Shown here in pieces: positions 49,795 to 62,595 of a stretch of 64,000 nucleotides of DNA. Positions within the stretch are counted from its first letter, which is position 1. Each line of letters starts with the position of its first letter. A program made the position numbers and the translations under genes. The DNA is taken from assembly GCF_009834535.1 (NCBI RefSeq), contig NC_045697.1, positions 116,314,001 through 116,378,000 of the forward strand. The letters run 5' to 3'. Source of the stretch: Camelus ferus (Eukaryota). The notes under the pieces are model-generated. The model was given only the letters and a program-made list of their open reading frames with translations. It did no database searches and was not told the DNA's origin.

Positions 49795-50559
49795 TTCCAT
49801 TTCTTTTGTTCAAATAACATTGCCAGTATCTATTTCCAAATGCACCATCGAATAGTTCTAAGCAAAAAATAAGTAAGTGAGTGAATGAATGAGTAAATAA
49901 ATAAATGCCATTGAAAATCAAAGCAATGTCGACAAACACGACATGAGTGTGAAAATCTCCACTTATTCACACATTAAAAAACTTGTGAAAAAGAACCTGA
50001 GATATATTGAAGCTCTGAGCATTCTCCTTAGAGGAAAGACTACTGGCTGCATTCGTTTCTACAGGCTATGATGTGGATTGTACTAAGTTATGAGGCTGCA
50101 AAATGTTTATGAGAAAGACCCGGTACTTAGAGAATTGTGAATTCCATTGGAAAATTATAGATATATGTATAAAAATTACAAAACCAATCTGTATATGTTG
50201 AGTGCTAAATTCCTAATGAAGGCAACCATGATTAGAAAATTATAACTAGAAAAGTTAAAAAAAAAATTAAATATAGTGACAGCCCCCAGATGTGCTTGTA
50301 ACCTCTGACTTGGGTCCTATTTCTAACCAGTCGGATGCCAGTAACCTGAATGCTGCCCACTCTTGAGACTCTAAGCACAACCGCTGCTTAAAAGCCTTCC
50401 TGCCCCACTCTTGGCTGGAAAGACGCTCTTAAGGAGGATGCTGACCCTGACAGGCCCAGGGGTGCCCCACCTGCTGGACTGAGGGCCATCTCCTTCCTGG
50501 GCAAGATTCGTACTTAGCTTCTCAGACCGTTTTCACTTTCTGTCCTCCTCTGTCAACTG

Positions 50560-51670
50560 CATTCACTCAATAAATGTAGTGCCTCCTGTGTTCACAGCAC
50601 TGCTAGATTCTGCAGCCACAGTGCAGAACAAGACAAGGTCAGTATATGTCCTTCTTGGAATTTGTATTCTAGGGAAGGAGACAGATATCAAACAACTGTA
50701 ATTATACTGTTTTTCATGCTTTTAAATAACTTCTTAAAATGAGAAATATAATTCATGTTTACAGCAACAAATCAAACAACACAGGGGTATATTGAGAAGT
50801 TAATATCTTGCCCTATTCCATCCAGTTCATGATAAAACATTTCATTACAAAGGTTATTTATGGGATGGAGAGAAAAGGTTTTACCAGGGGCATCGACCTG
50901 GACTGAGGGTCAGAGAAGTGTTCAATTATTAAGTTGACTTCAAAAATGTGAGTATAACATTGTTCCAGGCAGAGGGAACAGCGTGAGAAGGGGCCAGAGC
51001 AGGGAAGAATGTATCTAGTTAGGACCAGGGTGGCTGGACCGTGGAAAGCAATGGGAGGTGAGCAAGACGAGGGTCAGATTTTGTAGAATATTGTGGCCAC
51101 ATTAGAAAATGTGGGTTTTTACCTAAGAACAGAGAGAATTCATTGGAGGATTTAAAATAGGAAGCAATCCTTTTTTTTTTTTTTTTTCCCCAAAGATGGC
51201 TCTGGAATGTGGGAGTGCTGTGTGGAGGAAAAATTGAAAGGTGGTTGGAATAGCTGTAGGAAACTCAGCTGGGAGACGATTTCATTTTTAACAGGTCCCT
51301 CTTGAGTTTTCAGTGTGCCTTGTAAACGATCCAAAATAAACTGTGATTGTGGAGAGGTGTGAGAAGGAGAAAGGATTTGAGTTGAGCTTTCAAGGAAGTA
51401 AATAAGCCAGAAGAAGAGACGATGTTTGCTATAACATTGGGGAGTAAGATTGCATTCAGCTATCGGGTGAAGCAGATTTTAGCGTTGTCTTAATTTTGCA
51501 GGTGAGAAAATTGAACTTCAGAGGCTAAGTTCCATGAACCACAGTCACAGAGCTAATATCTCAGTCCAAGTTGACTGATTCCACTGCTCTGGGTTGGGAT
51601 CTGGGCGTGGACCTTTCTGAGGGCTCTCCGAGTGATTCTGATGCTCAGCCGAGTTGAGAACCACTAGTGG
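50560..51670 (-). mobile_element. Cluster of L2 fragments with MIR and MER5 pieces
   Basis: cattcactcaataaatgtagtgcctcctgtg; tgttccaggcagagggaacagcgtgagaagggg (L2); tgattctgatgctcagccgagttgagaaccact (MER5). Confidence 0.65.
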
Positions 51671-53776
51671 AGACTGGGCGAGGAAGGGGATAAGCCTTGG
51701 GGGAGCCCACATCGAGGACAGGGGGAGTGAGGGCCACAGAAGGAGGAAAGAGCCTCCAAGGTAAGTCCCTTAAGACAATAGAAGTCTGTAAAAGCCAGTA
51801 AGGAACTTCAAAGAGAGGGGTTCAGCACAAGGAAATGGAAATCCAAGAAAACAATGATGGACAAATATTTGGAAGTTTTCAGTGGTCTCAGAAAAAGCAC
51901 TGGAGGAAGACTAGGATGATCTGAGTCGATACAACCAGCACTGAAGAATTTTTGTCTGCTGACGTCATAGAAGAGTCCACTCTGTTTTTGAGACCAGAAG
52001 CCAGTCGGGGACAATGACAGGATTTCCTCCATTGGGGCATACTTTAAAAATTGAACATTCTTGAAATCAGGATGTGTTTTATAATAGTTGTTTACAAATG
52101 CAGAGCCCCTATTTCTCCTCCCGTGTGTTACACAATGTATTGCATCTTAAAGACCGGTGAAGATGTGCTTCAACAAATTGGAAATAAAGACCTACTGTGT
52201 GGCAAGTGCTCAGAATTTGAAAATTAATAAGCAAGGTCCTTGTTCTCAAGTAGCTCACAGACTCTCAGGGCAGATCTATGTCAACAGAAGATTTCAAAAC
52301 AATATATATGAATGGAGAAGGATTGCAGTAACTGGGTGTGGGTTAACTCTATTTTTTTCTTCTGAATTGAAGGAAGTGTTTTCTTGTTTTACATACTTAA
52401 GTTTCTCTAGACATGTGACCTGATGATTAACTTGTTTTCATCTGCGTCTCTTCTATTGGCAGTTAGGTGTTTTCCAACACATACAAACAGTATTTCTAAT
52501 TTCAGTAAGAAGAAGGAAATGTACAGACAGGAAATGGGGGAAGACTTTATAGTCCAGTTATAAGAGAATGCACTGCAAATAGCGAGTGGGTGGGGCTTTT
52601 CGTTTTGTTGTAAGAAGTAAGCGAGATCTGTTACTAAAAATTGTGAGGCGTGGAAGTACCTGGCTTTCTTTTCTTTTCTTTTCCTTACATTAACGCAGGC
52701 TTGGCACATATGAGTGCTCAAGACACATTTGCTGAATCGGGTATAAAAAACTAATCCCAGTTCTTCTTGCACTCAGAATGGCAGATTGGCATAGCTGAGG
52801 CCGGAAAAGCTGGAGGAGCTCAGGTCGTGAAGACTTCCTGAGAGAGATGAAATTTAAGCTGGGCTCAGAAGGAGCATTTTAGGGAAGTCTCTGGCTGCCT
52901 ATCTGGGTCAAGTTGTTATCCATGCAAATGAAAGTCTTGTTGAGATTATAAAACCAGGAGAATTGTTCACAGATAAACCTCTTTCCAGAAAGGAGCGGCT
53001 GATGTGACTCTGCCCTGGTGTCACTACGAGGCTGTCTCTTTGCCAACTGGATCCACTTATTTGCCAATGTATAAATTTGTCTTAGGAATGTCTTAAGGAA
53101 CGGTTCAAGTTCCTGTGGACAGCCATTGTCGGGAGATGGCAGGGGTTGGGGATCGGTGGGTGTCAAGGAGGCTGCAAATTCTAAGGCAGAGGCATCCAAC
53201 CTAGGTGTTGACCATGAAGAAAAGAGTAGCATGAGCTTTAAAAAAAAAAAAAATCAGAATTAACTACAACCCCCACTGCCTTTTCATTGACTTGAGGGTC
53301 ACAGCTCTTCTCCGAGTGCTGGCTCTCCCAGTCGGCTTCCTCCTTGTCTACCTTCTCATAATCATGGGATTTCTTAGTCAGTGTCCATCCTCAAGACGTG
53401 CACAGCACAGCATAGCTGAAAGAATGCTGAACTGAGAATCAAGAAAGTGGGTTTTACCAGGGATTTATCCTCCTCCAGGAAATAGCGAAGGAGCTACACA
53501 AAATGTAGTAGAAGGGAGTCCAGCAGTGTTTGCAGTAATGCAAAGGCAGTAATAACCTAATAGCCCCCAAATAGGATGGTAAGCAGTGATGAAGCAGGAT
53601 CTGCGGTGATTAAGAAAAGACAAACTTCCTGAGTTCAAGTCCCAGCTCTACCACCTGGCAGCTGGGCGAGTTATTTAAACTATTGATGCCTCAGGTTCCC
53701 AATCTGTAAAATGGTTTTAACAGAGTCTGCTCCACAGATGTGTTGTTACAGACACAGCACTTAAGCACTCAGTATA

Positions 53777-53900
53777 TAGTGTGACCATATATTTTATCCC
53801 CCCAAATAGGACACTTTGGAGAATGAAACAAGAAGCTAATCTACTTGGACAACACATTAAACTGAAAATATCCTGAAAAAAAATCAGATCCCTCTGTTAA
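53777..53900. mobile_element. MER94-like hAT-Blackjack element, next to a MIR (53570-53775)
   Basis: tagtgtgaccatatattttatccccccaaataggacactttggagaatgaaa. Confidence 0.6.
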
Positions 53901-54039
53901 TCAACATTATGTATTAGTTAAATAAATAAAGTATATTGAAATAATGAAGCAAAATGCATCTTCTAAAATTCCTATTATATTGTTAGCTAAAAACAATCAG
54001 TATTGAGATTCAGTATAGGAGAGAAATTTCGTACTCTAT

Positions 54040-54760
54040 AGCTGAGTTAATCTCTCAAAAGTAGAAGAAAAAGTCCAAGCGACAGAAGATAGGGAAAGAT
54101 ATGAAAACAAGAAATCGATTAAAATGAAGCCAGCCTAATATCTGACTAACAAGAGGCCTAAAAAGAGAACAGAGAAAACAGAAGAAAGAAAATCAATAGT
54201 TTAAGACAATGTCTCAGAAGGGAATACGAATGTCCAGATTGAAAGGCTGTTGAAAGGCTGTGCCAAAGCCAAACAACACCCACAAAAGCAAGTGCATCAA
54301 GCCGTGTCCCTGTGAAACTTCATTGTGTTGAGATGAAAAGACAGTTTCCCAGAGGGAAGCCAGGATACACACAGAGGACCTGGAATCCCTGAGGCATCAC
54401 ACTTCTTGACAGTGATACCAGGCTCTAGAAGACACTGGGGCAATGACCTCTATGCTTGATGGAAAGTGAAAAGACTTGCAACCTGGAATTCGACACCCAG
54501 ACCAACTATCAAGTGCGAAGCTAGAAGGGAGACATTTTCATGCAAGTACGTACTCAAAAGAGTGCCTTTTCTCCCCCAGAAGCAACTGGAGAATACTATC
54601 TAGCAAGACAATAGGGGAAAATCCAGGGCAGAGAAAGGAATATGATTCAAGAAATAAGAGACTCAACAAAGGTCTTGAGCAAAGGGCATGCCCAAGATAT
54701 TAAAGGGGAGGCCCAGGAATGTGGCTGTGGGGTGGGGGGACCCAGAGGAGGAGCAGGTCT
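54040..54760 (+). mobile_element. HAL1 (half-L1)-like ORF1 remnant
   Basis: Decayed ORF1 motifs (gtccagattgaaagg, gtgaaacttca, ctagaagacactggggcaatg, caacctggaattcgacacccagaccaactatca) followed by a HAL1-like 3' segment. Confidence 0.65.
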
Positions 54761-55753
54761 AGCGGGGGCTCCCCTGGGAGCCCTGACTGTATACAGATCC
54801 TGGGTTAAATTCCAGAAGAAGCAAATGGGCTACAAAGTGTCTGCTTTTGTAGAAGAGAATGTTGGGACAGGGAGTGTGGAGAAGAGGGAAGTATTATTAT
54901 TATTATAAGCATTTTAGTCCTATTATATGTATTATGTATTTGTATGTATAATGTACCTACCTGGTTGCATTAAAATGGGGAAAGATTACCACCACATTAT
55001 GTGCAATGGACAAGTATTTTATTTTGATAAAAATGAGTTAATTCTAACTAAAATGAGAGGAACAGCAACGATCAACCAGAGTTTTAGTAGTTAGGGCTCC
55101 TAAGCTGAAAAAAATTTCTAAAACGAGGACTCTCAGTACTGAAGAAATGTGCACCGACCTGAATAAACAGGGCTCTCTGTTTCCTCAGAAAGGTGGGAGG
55201 TGTGCCTATGTCTGGTGTTGGTTGGGGTGTGTAGAAAATTGCTGGGTTTATTTCATGATGAAATACTGCCAACGCCAGCTCTTAAACTAGCACAGTCTTA
55301 ATGACAGCCACAATTTAAAAATATGTTCGTACATAAAGCATGCTTTCTTCCTGGAGATGTTTTTGTCAAAACATCCATAAATCTTGACAACTTTCTATTT
55401 TTAAGGCTGTCAGCGCCTGGCACCCTGGAGGGATTCCTATAAGCATTTAGGGGCAAAGTGCTGTGATTTTTGAGATCAGCACCTTTCCTGCCTTTGGCTT
55501 GTTACCTAAACTCCTCCCCGCAGCCTCCTCTCCAGCGGGGAGGGGAGGGGGGAGGTTCTCAGGAAGCTCAGGTGCAGTGGGGTCAGCGCACAGCTCCTGC
55601 ACTTGTCACACTGCAGAGCCACATGGATAGTGGAGGACCATTTATTCATTCAATGAACATCCAATCCCCAACTCTGTGCCCGGCACCATGCTAGGCCTGG
55701 GATCAGGAGTGAGCAAGACAGATGTCCCTCGTACCTTCCTTATATCCTATCAG

Positions 55754-56436
55754 TGTTATAGACTCAGGTCGAGCTCCTTGCTGCTCAAAAGCCAATATTC
55801 AAGAGGCAAGTGTTGGCAGAAAAGAAAGGTTGCTTTATTCCAGAGTCTGGTCACCTTGGAAGAGGGTGGACTCATGTCCAGAGGCCACCACCCCACTGCC
55901 AATCGGGGGGAAGAGCTTTTCAAGGGGAGTTTCAGGTGTGTAGGGGGAGGGAGGGGGCTGCGTGCACAACAGCACAGTCAGCTTTGGCGGGCATGCCGGG
56001 GTTTGATCAGTGTCATCTTGATTGTTTTAAGTGCAGCGAATCTTCAGTTCCAGGGTCGGTTAGTTCCCATTTCCTTGAGGCCAGTTCTTGGAACTGTGGC
56101 AGCTTCTGTCATGGCTCCAGTCTGGTGATCATGTAGTTAACTTCTTCCAGCTGGTGGGGGTCTTAGCATCTGCAAAACAGCTCCAAGGACATGGCTCAGT
56201 ATATTATCCAGAGCCCTTGCAGAGGAGCTAGAAGTCCTTGACTTTGTTTAATGACTAAACTATTATTATTTTGTTTGGCTTGACTATTTCCCTTTGTTTC
56301 TGTATTTTCTTATTTCTCTGATTCAACTTACTCTTTGACTAAAGTTTTTGTACAGACAAGAGGCAGGTGGAGGACATTGGTGGGTAGGGGGTGGGGGTCT
56401 GTCTGGGACGGCCCCACAGGGTCCTGCTCTGTTTCA
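55754..56436 (-). mobile_element. ERV1-type solo LTR (683 bp)
   Basis: TG...CA termini (tgttata...gtttca), perfect 4-bp TSD tcag (55750-53 / 56437-40), AATAAA on - strand at about 55834. Confidence 0.85.
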
Positions 56437-57526
56437 TCAGGAGAAACAGGACAGAAACAGCCTGATGTACGACTGATAATTTAATTGCAGGAGGTGCCAT
56501 GAGGGAGAGATGCAGGATGCATGTAAATACTTCTTGTTGATGGAGCGAGTGTTGCTCATCTCGGGATGAAGCACTTACAGCAAAAGGATGAGATACGGCT
56601 GTTTTTGAAAGGAAAGTGAGCTCAAGAAGAGACAGGGCTATTATTCTCAAGAAGAAAACTTCCTGGGCGATCCCTTGGTGTCCTCCAGGTTGGGTAAACT
56701 CAGTTAACTTCAGAATGGGACACTGTACTGCGAGTTACCCTCCGTGGAACTCCCAAGAGGTACTGACATCTGAAGCGTGTAAGGAAGAGGTACTGTCAGT
56801 TCGCTGGCTTTCTCAGCATTCCAGACACCAGAGCCGTAGCTCTGAGAGCCTGTTTCGGGAGACCAGGGTCACTGAGAGAGCAGCTACTGGGCCAAGAGAA
56901 GGGTTTTTCACCTTGAAATCCAAGCATGGCCTGCAAATCCAACACAAACGTTAGGCCCAGGCAAAGAGAGTTTGTGCCCTGAAAAAGAGTCCCCCAAAAC
57001 AAGGACAAGGTGTGTTCGAGGTGTTCGGAGTGGTTTATTTCACTGTAATCTATTCAGTTTTGGAAAGTCATAAACATGCCCTGGGCGTGGTCATTTCAAA
57101 CATCCTTCTATTACCAGCGTCTACAGTGGTGGTTCACAAAGGTCAGTGGTATCACCTGTCTCATACCCACCAACATAACCAGATGAAGCAGCAGAGATCA
57201 TAGTCAGCCGGCCCCCGTCATGCGCACTGTTTATTACCAGCTCTGCTCTACACTCTGTCTTCTAAGCCTGCTCGTACTTCTAGGAAAGGCCGTGCAGATG
57301 ACAGAGCTGGACGTAATTCCGCCATCTTGTGAAGTGAACATGCTCTCGGACCGCAGCTTTGAGGGAGAAGGGGGAGAGATTATTACATCTGTCTCACGGG
57401 GTTGTCTTGAGAATGACGTGTGAGTGTGTAAGGCTCCCAGCATGGAGGTGGCACACAGGAGGGTTGCTTCCTCCCCATTCTAAGAGAGTCTCAAAGGGAT
57501 CGTAGGATTAGCCACTTTCTTGAGGC

Positions 57527-57624
57527 TATTTATTTATTTTTTAATGGACGTACTGGGGATTGAACCCAGAATCTCATGCGTGCTAAGCACATGCTCTACC
57601 ATCGAGCACCCGTCCACCCCCCCC
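57527..57624 (-). mobile_element. vic-1-type SINE
   Basis: aatggacgtactggggattgaacccagaatctcatgcgtgctaagcacatgctctacc. Confidence 0.85.
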
Positions 57625-58549
57625 ATTCATTTTTGAACACTATCACCTCAAAATAGATTAATTCTAATTTTCTCCCCTTCTGTCACATTTTGTCTAAGAG
57701 CACTGGACTGTTTGGAGATACATTATTTGCTTTCTGCTTTCAGAACAGTGATTCTTTAAAAAATATTTTCCCTTCCATCTTCCTGATGGGAGTCAAACCA
57801 TTTCAAACAGTTTGAGTTTGGAAAGACTTCAGTTTTCAGTGGTGGTGGCTTTATCATCTGGCACGTCACCTCCCATCAGTGGTATCATTAGTTCCATGAC
57901 TGGGGCGTGTCCCCAGACAGTCATGGAGCACAGTGATTGGGACAGAAGTGCACTGCTCAGATGGGATAGTTAAGGGCTATGAAAAAAATCCAAGAGTCCC
58001 TGTAGCACTTTTTTTTTTTAATTATTAATTGTCAGAAGGAAAGTGCTTGTTCAGCATGTGCATTTCTCTTGAAACTCATTTTATCCCAAGTTAAATAGTC
58101 CCACTGATATTCAAAGAAGAGGAAATACCGTTTTCTGACTACTTTGGTTTATGGCCTTTAATTGGGCCACTCGTTTATTGAGCCAGTAAACCAGTAAATA
58201 CGTTTGGAGCACTGTCTTTTCCATCAAGCACTTCATAGTGTAGTGGGGAAAAGACATGTAGACAGGACAGTGATACAGCCGGCCACGCCGGGTATTGCGC
58301 ACACAGCCCAGCACAGGGGTGAGGAGAGGCACAGGAGACTGAAGAGGTGAGGTTAGGGAACAGAGGGTGGTAGGGAGGCAGTGAAGGAGTGTTTCAAGAA
58401 GAGCAACATCAGGACCGAAGACCAGAATAGCGTTGACTGATGCAGTGGATATTTCAGGGCTGCAGGATCCCACCGCGTAGTGGATGCTCTGGGAACAGGT
58501 GAAACCAGAGTAGCTGTCGGGAGCCGGGCAGGGAAGAGCTCACTCTTGA

Positions 58550-59370
58550 GTTTTGACTGTTAGAGCATGAAGACCCCAAGAAGGAATTTAAATTTTACCC
58601 ACCCGTCCTTGTATGCAGTAGCCAAAGAGATGAAGTCAGGCTTACGTTTTGGGCAGAGGGTAGGAGTTGGGGAGGGGGCATTGCGGAGACAGGGAGCCGG
58701 GCAGGAGTCTGTTAGAGGAGAATGGTGGTAATCTGCAGGAATGGGGGCAAGAGAATTCAGATCTGACTGTTTGGGGAAGGAGCAGAGCTGAGAAAGCAGA
58801 CGTGCAGAAACAGGAAAACCAGGAGCGTGGATGGATGTCCGGGGTTAAATGAGATGTGAACCGAACAGTGTCCATGAGGAGGGTGGACACATGTGATCAG
58901 AGACCTGGGTGAGAATAGAATGACTAGAAAGGCTTACACGGATGGGGAGGGAATGAGGGATGGAAACCCAGATAAGGTGGGTCAGGGTGTGCATTGCAGG
59001 GGAGGTAGAGTTGCAAGTACAAGCCATTGTTTTGAAAATTTGGGGTAAGAAAGGAAGAAAATGTGGATAGTAACTGGAGGTAGATGAGGGGCCAGTGGAG
59101 GCTTTTTTTGGGTATAAGAAGCATCACCCAGAGAAGGGCTAACCGCTGTGGAGCCATGTTCTCGGGTCAGTGGGGCTGCAGCGGCGGGCCTGAGGGCACA
59201 CGTGAATGTGGACGCCCTGGAGGAGGAGAAAGGCTCCCTCACTCCCAGAGGCCAGAAGGAAGGAGGCGGGACTTCCTCGTCTACGCAGGTGGGGATGTGC
59301 TTGTCTGTCAGTGTGCGATGGGGGTTGAAGGAGCTTAGACTTGATGGCCTTGGTGTTCTCCAGGAAATCT
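58550..59370 (-). mobile_element. Diverged L2 fragments
   Basis: Purine-rich L2-antisense-like sequence (ggggttaaatgagatgtgaa, tgtggatagtaactggagg). Confidence 0.45.
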
Positions 59371-59437
59371 CTTTTGCGTGTTTTTTTTTTTTTAATGATG
59401 GTTAAATATACATAATGTTAAAATCACTATTTTAATC

Positions 59438-59970
59438 TTTTTTTTCCCTTTTTCAGTTTTATTAGGTAGAATTATTATAGCTTGACTGCACATATACATT
59501 GTATTGCATGTAAATACATATCTACAGTACACTGCTCATTTTTTTTTAGTTTACATATATGTACTGATCATTGTTTCTAAGAACAGATTAGAACTTTAGT
59601 TTTTTAAACTTACATAGTTATCAAAGGAATAAAGCCAACTACAAAATAAGACTCAACAGAATGTGGTAATCCAACCATAAAGCACAGTCAGATGTGCTTA
59701 CACATATTCGAGAAACCAAAATAATAATTAGTCCATTTGTGGCCTTATTATTGTTGTTATTATTTTTTAGATTCCTCAAAGAAATGATGTCATATGGCAT
59801 TTTTCTTTCTCTTTCCAGCCCACTTCACTTAGAATGACAATCTTCAGGTCCATCCATGTTGCTGCAAATGGCATTATTTTATTCTTTTTTATGGCTGAGT
59901 AGTATTCCATTGTATATATGTACCGTATCTTCTTTATCCAGTCATCTGTTGATGGACATTTGGGTTGTTT
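59438..59970 (-). mobile_element. Composite retro-insertion: L1 fragment (59745-59970) + ~300 bp non-repeat sequence + poly(A), inserted in an older L1MA 3' end
   Basis: Host aaaatcactattttaatc|...|ttttaagtgtgcaatttagtgg is split. AATAAA (-) at 59458-63 and T-rich tail at 59438-53. Confidence 0.7.
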
Positions 59971-61759
59971 TAAGTGTGCAATTTAGTGGTCCATGAAGAG
60001 TGTCATACAAGGCTCTGTCCTATGAGGACAGATGAAAGTACTGGGAGTGAGACAGGAGCAGGTCTTAGGAAACAGGGAAGGTTTAGGGTCGCTGTTGAAG
60101 GGGGTGAACAGATACATGAAAAGATAGCTGTTTTATGAGTGAGACCACGTATTCTCATCAGCAAGATTATCCAGCCATCCCACAGGAAGGGCCCATCTCT
60201 TTCACAGAAGAGCTGGAGAGAGGATCAGAAAAGGTGAAGATCGGGCAACGGGCTAACCTGTTAGGAAAAGTAAAATTACATCTGTGCCTCAGAACACACA
60301 ATGACATAAATTCCACATGGACTAAACAGTTCAGCGCTTTGAAAGTGAAATAATAAGATACAGAATAGAATATATGGAAACGTTCGTATTATGTTTTACA
60401 GCCTGAGGGTGCAGAGGTCAGACTGGAGCATGAAGCCACAGCTGGGAGTTTGTGAGGACGCTGCTCATCATATTCCAACATGGCCTCATAATACGATTCT
60501 GTGCGTGTCCTCTGTCACCCCAGTTCCACTTTTAATGGCATCGTTTCTGTTCTTCAGTCCATCCAAATGATGGACAAGTGTAGCCCCAAGGAAATAAGAC
60601 ACAGTTCTGCCCTCAGAAAGCTTATCAAAGAGTTAGGGGAAAGAGACACCCAAAGAATTATCCAAGAGGGTTTTAGGATGCAGTGATAGAAACAGCAGGT
60701 CAACTAATAGTTATTGATGACCCATTTGTGCCTGGCACCATGCTTGGTGGTGTGTTTAGATACTTCAAGTGTAACAGCTAACAGCCATGCCTGCTACAAC
60801 AGGATTATTTTAGAGGGTGCCATGGAAACGGATATCAGGGAATCTAAACTCTGGGGAGGGATCAGGGGGGCTCCACGAGGTTCCCTGAGCCTGGAGGATG
60901 GGTAGGAGACAACTTCTAGAATGGCTATATTTAGATTCCAAGATGCTGTCACTTTAGAGATGAAACCTCACACGTCCAGAAGAATCACCCTGGAGCACAT
61001 TATCACATACTTGACAAAAACGTTTCATTTTGAGCCTCTACAGCAAAGCACGAAGATGGCAGTGTTTAAACAGAACGCTGAGGCTGTTTTCTGTCTCACA
61101 GCCCAAAGGCTAACTCATTAAAATTCAAAGAACTATGTGGTGGGTGGCAGAACAAATGTTTTCTTCCTTGAGCAGAACTAAGGACTTCAAGACATTTCTC
61201 CCAGAGTCTAAATGACTCTTTGCAGCTGTTCATTTAGACACGATTCAGGCATCACCTCTTCCTCTGGACCCACCACGACCCAGCCCAACCCTTTCTCTGG
61301 ATTAGACACACAGCGTGATAAGGAAAAGACAGGAAGGAGATACTGGTTCCACACTTGGTTCGATTTTGAAACCATGTGCATGTCTTACCTATGAGATATG
61401 TAGCTTGTATCTTAATTCTTACTTATAAAATAAATTAAGTTAAATATAAAAAGAAAAAACCCACCACATATATACCCACTGATGGTTTAACCCTCGGAGA
61501 GGAAATATCCCCAGGGGTTTTAAAGCACAGTAATTTGAGTACAAATCTAAGAACAAAAAGACACCTGGATATTGGGCTTCCAGCCTCTCCAGTGGGGGGA
61601 CGGTACATTTCCGCTGCCCAGCCGCCCATCTGTGGTACTGCATTATACATCCCTAGCAAACTAATGCAGCGGTCTTACCCCCAGACCCAAGCTGCCTTAG
61701 ATCAAGCCTTTGCATCCAACTAACAGTGCATAGGAATCAAGGAGACGGCAGAATGTGCT

Positions 61760-62595
61760 AAATGACAACGTGGAGCTGCTGTCAGAAAAATACTGTGGTG
61801 AATGTCACAAGACAAATGGAAACAAGGTTTTTATAGAAACAAAATGTGTTTCTTCAACAAACAGAAGGGGAAGGATGAGGAGGAAGATGGGGAGGTGGAG
61901 GGAAAAAGAGAGATGGAAGAGAACCTATGAATCAAAAGAAACTTGGAAGGTGTAACCCACTGCAAGGTGTGAAGCTTATTTGGATTCTGTTTCTAACAAA
62001 CAGGCTGTTAAAAAAATAACATTTATGAGACAATCAGAATTTTGAATGTGGAATATTTGGTGACATTATTAAAATGTTAGGAGAAATAATGGTAGTGTGA
62101 TTATGTTAAGAAATGAGTATTTAAATCTTTGAGAGTTGATGTCTTGACAGGGGGAGGATTAGTAAGTAGGAGAAAGATTAAATAAGATTGGCTAGAAATT
62201 GTTAGTGTATGAAGTTGGTAATGGGTGCTTGGGGATCTTTAAACTATTTGTTCAATTTTTATTGAAGTAGAGTCAATTTACAATGTGCCAACTTCAGGTG
62301 TACTGGTGTACAGCCTAGCGGTTCATTTATACATATATATACATTCCTTTTCATATTTTTTTCATTATAGGTCATCACAAGGTATTGAATGTAGTTCCCT
62401 GCGCTCTACAGTAGGACCTTGTTGTTTATCTCTTTTATGTACAGGAGTGTGTATTTGCAAATCCCAAACTCCTAATTTATGCCACCACCCCACCTTCCCC
62501 CCTGGTAACCACAAGTTTGTTCTCTACGTCTGTGAGTCTGTTCCTGTTTGGTGACTTATTTTATCTATTTTTGTGTCTACTGAAATTCCAAAATG
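61760..62595 (+). mobile_element. Old L1MC/ME 3'UTR, interrupted by a young antisense L1 3' end (~62255-62553)
   Basis: cttatttggattctgtttctaacaaac...aataatggtagtgtgattatgtt; insert tttattgaagtagagtcaatttacaatg...gtctgtgagtctgtt. Confidence 0.75.

Noticed and set aside
55676..56136. 150-aa and 108-aa ORFs
   Set aside because: They lie mostly in the antisense strand of a solo LTR and show no gag/pol/env motifs.
14500..57624. tRNA-Ala genes
   Set aside because: All nine tRNA-like heads have SINE bodies and A-rich tails, most have TSDs, and they carry scattered mutations. They are vic-1-type SINEs.
5490..62553. Recurrent ~200-800 bp motif (attgaagtatagttgatttacaatg...) as a novel repeat array or CRISPR-like system
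   Set aside because: These are dispersed 5'-truncated L1 3' ends with individual TSDs, with no regular repeat-spacer structure, in eukaryotic DNA.
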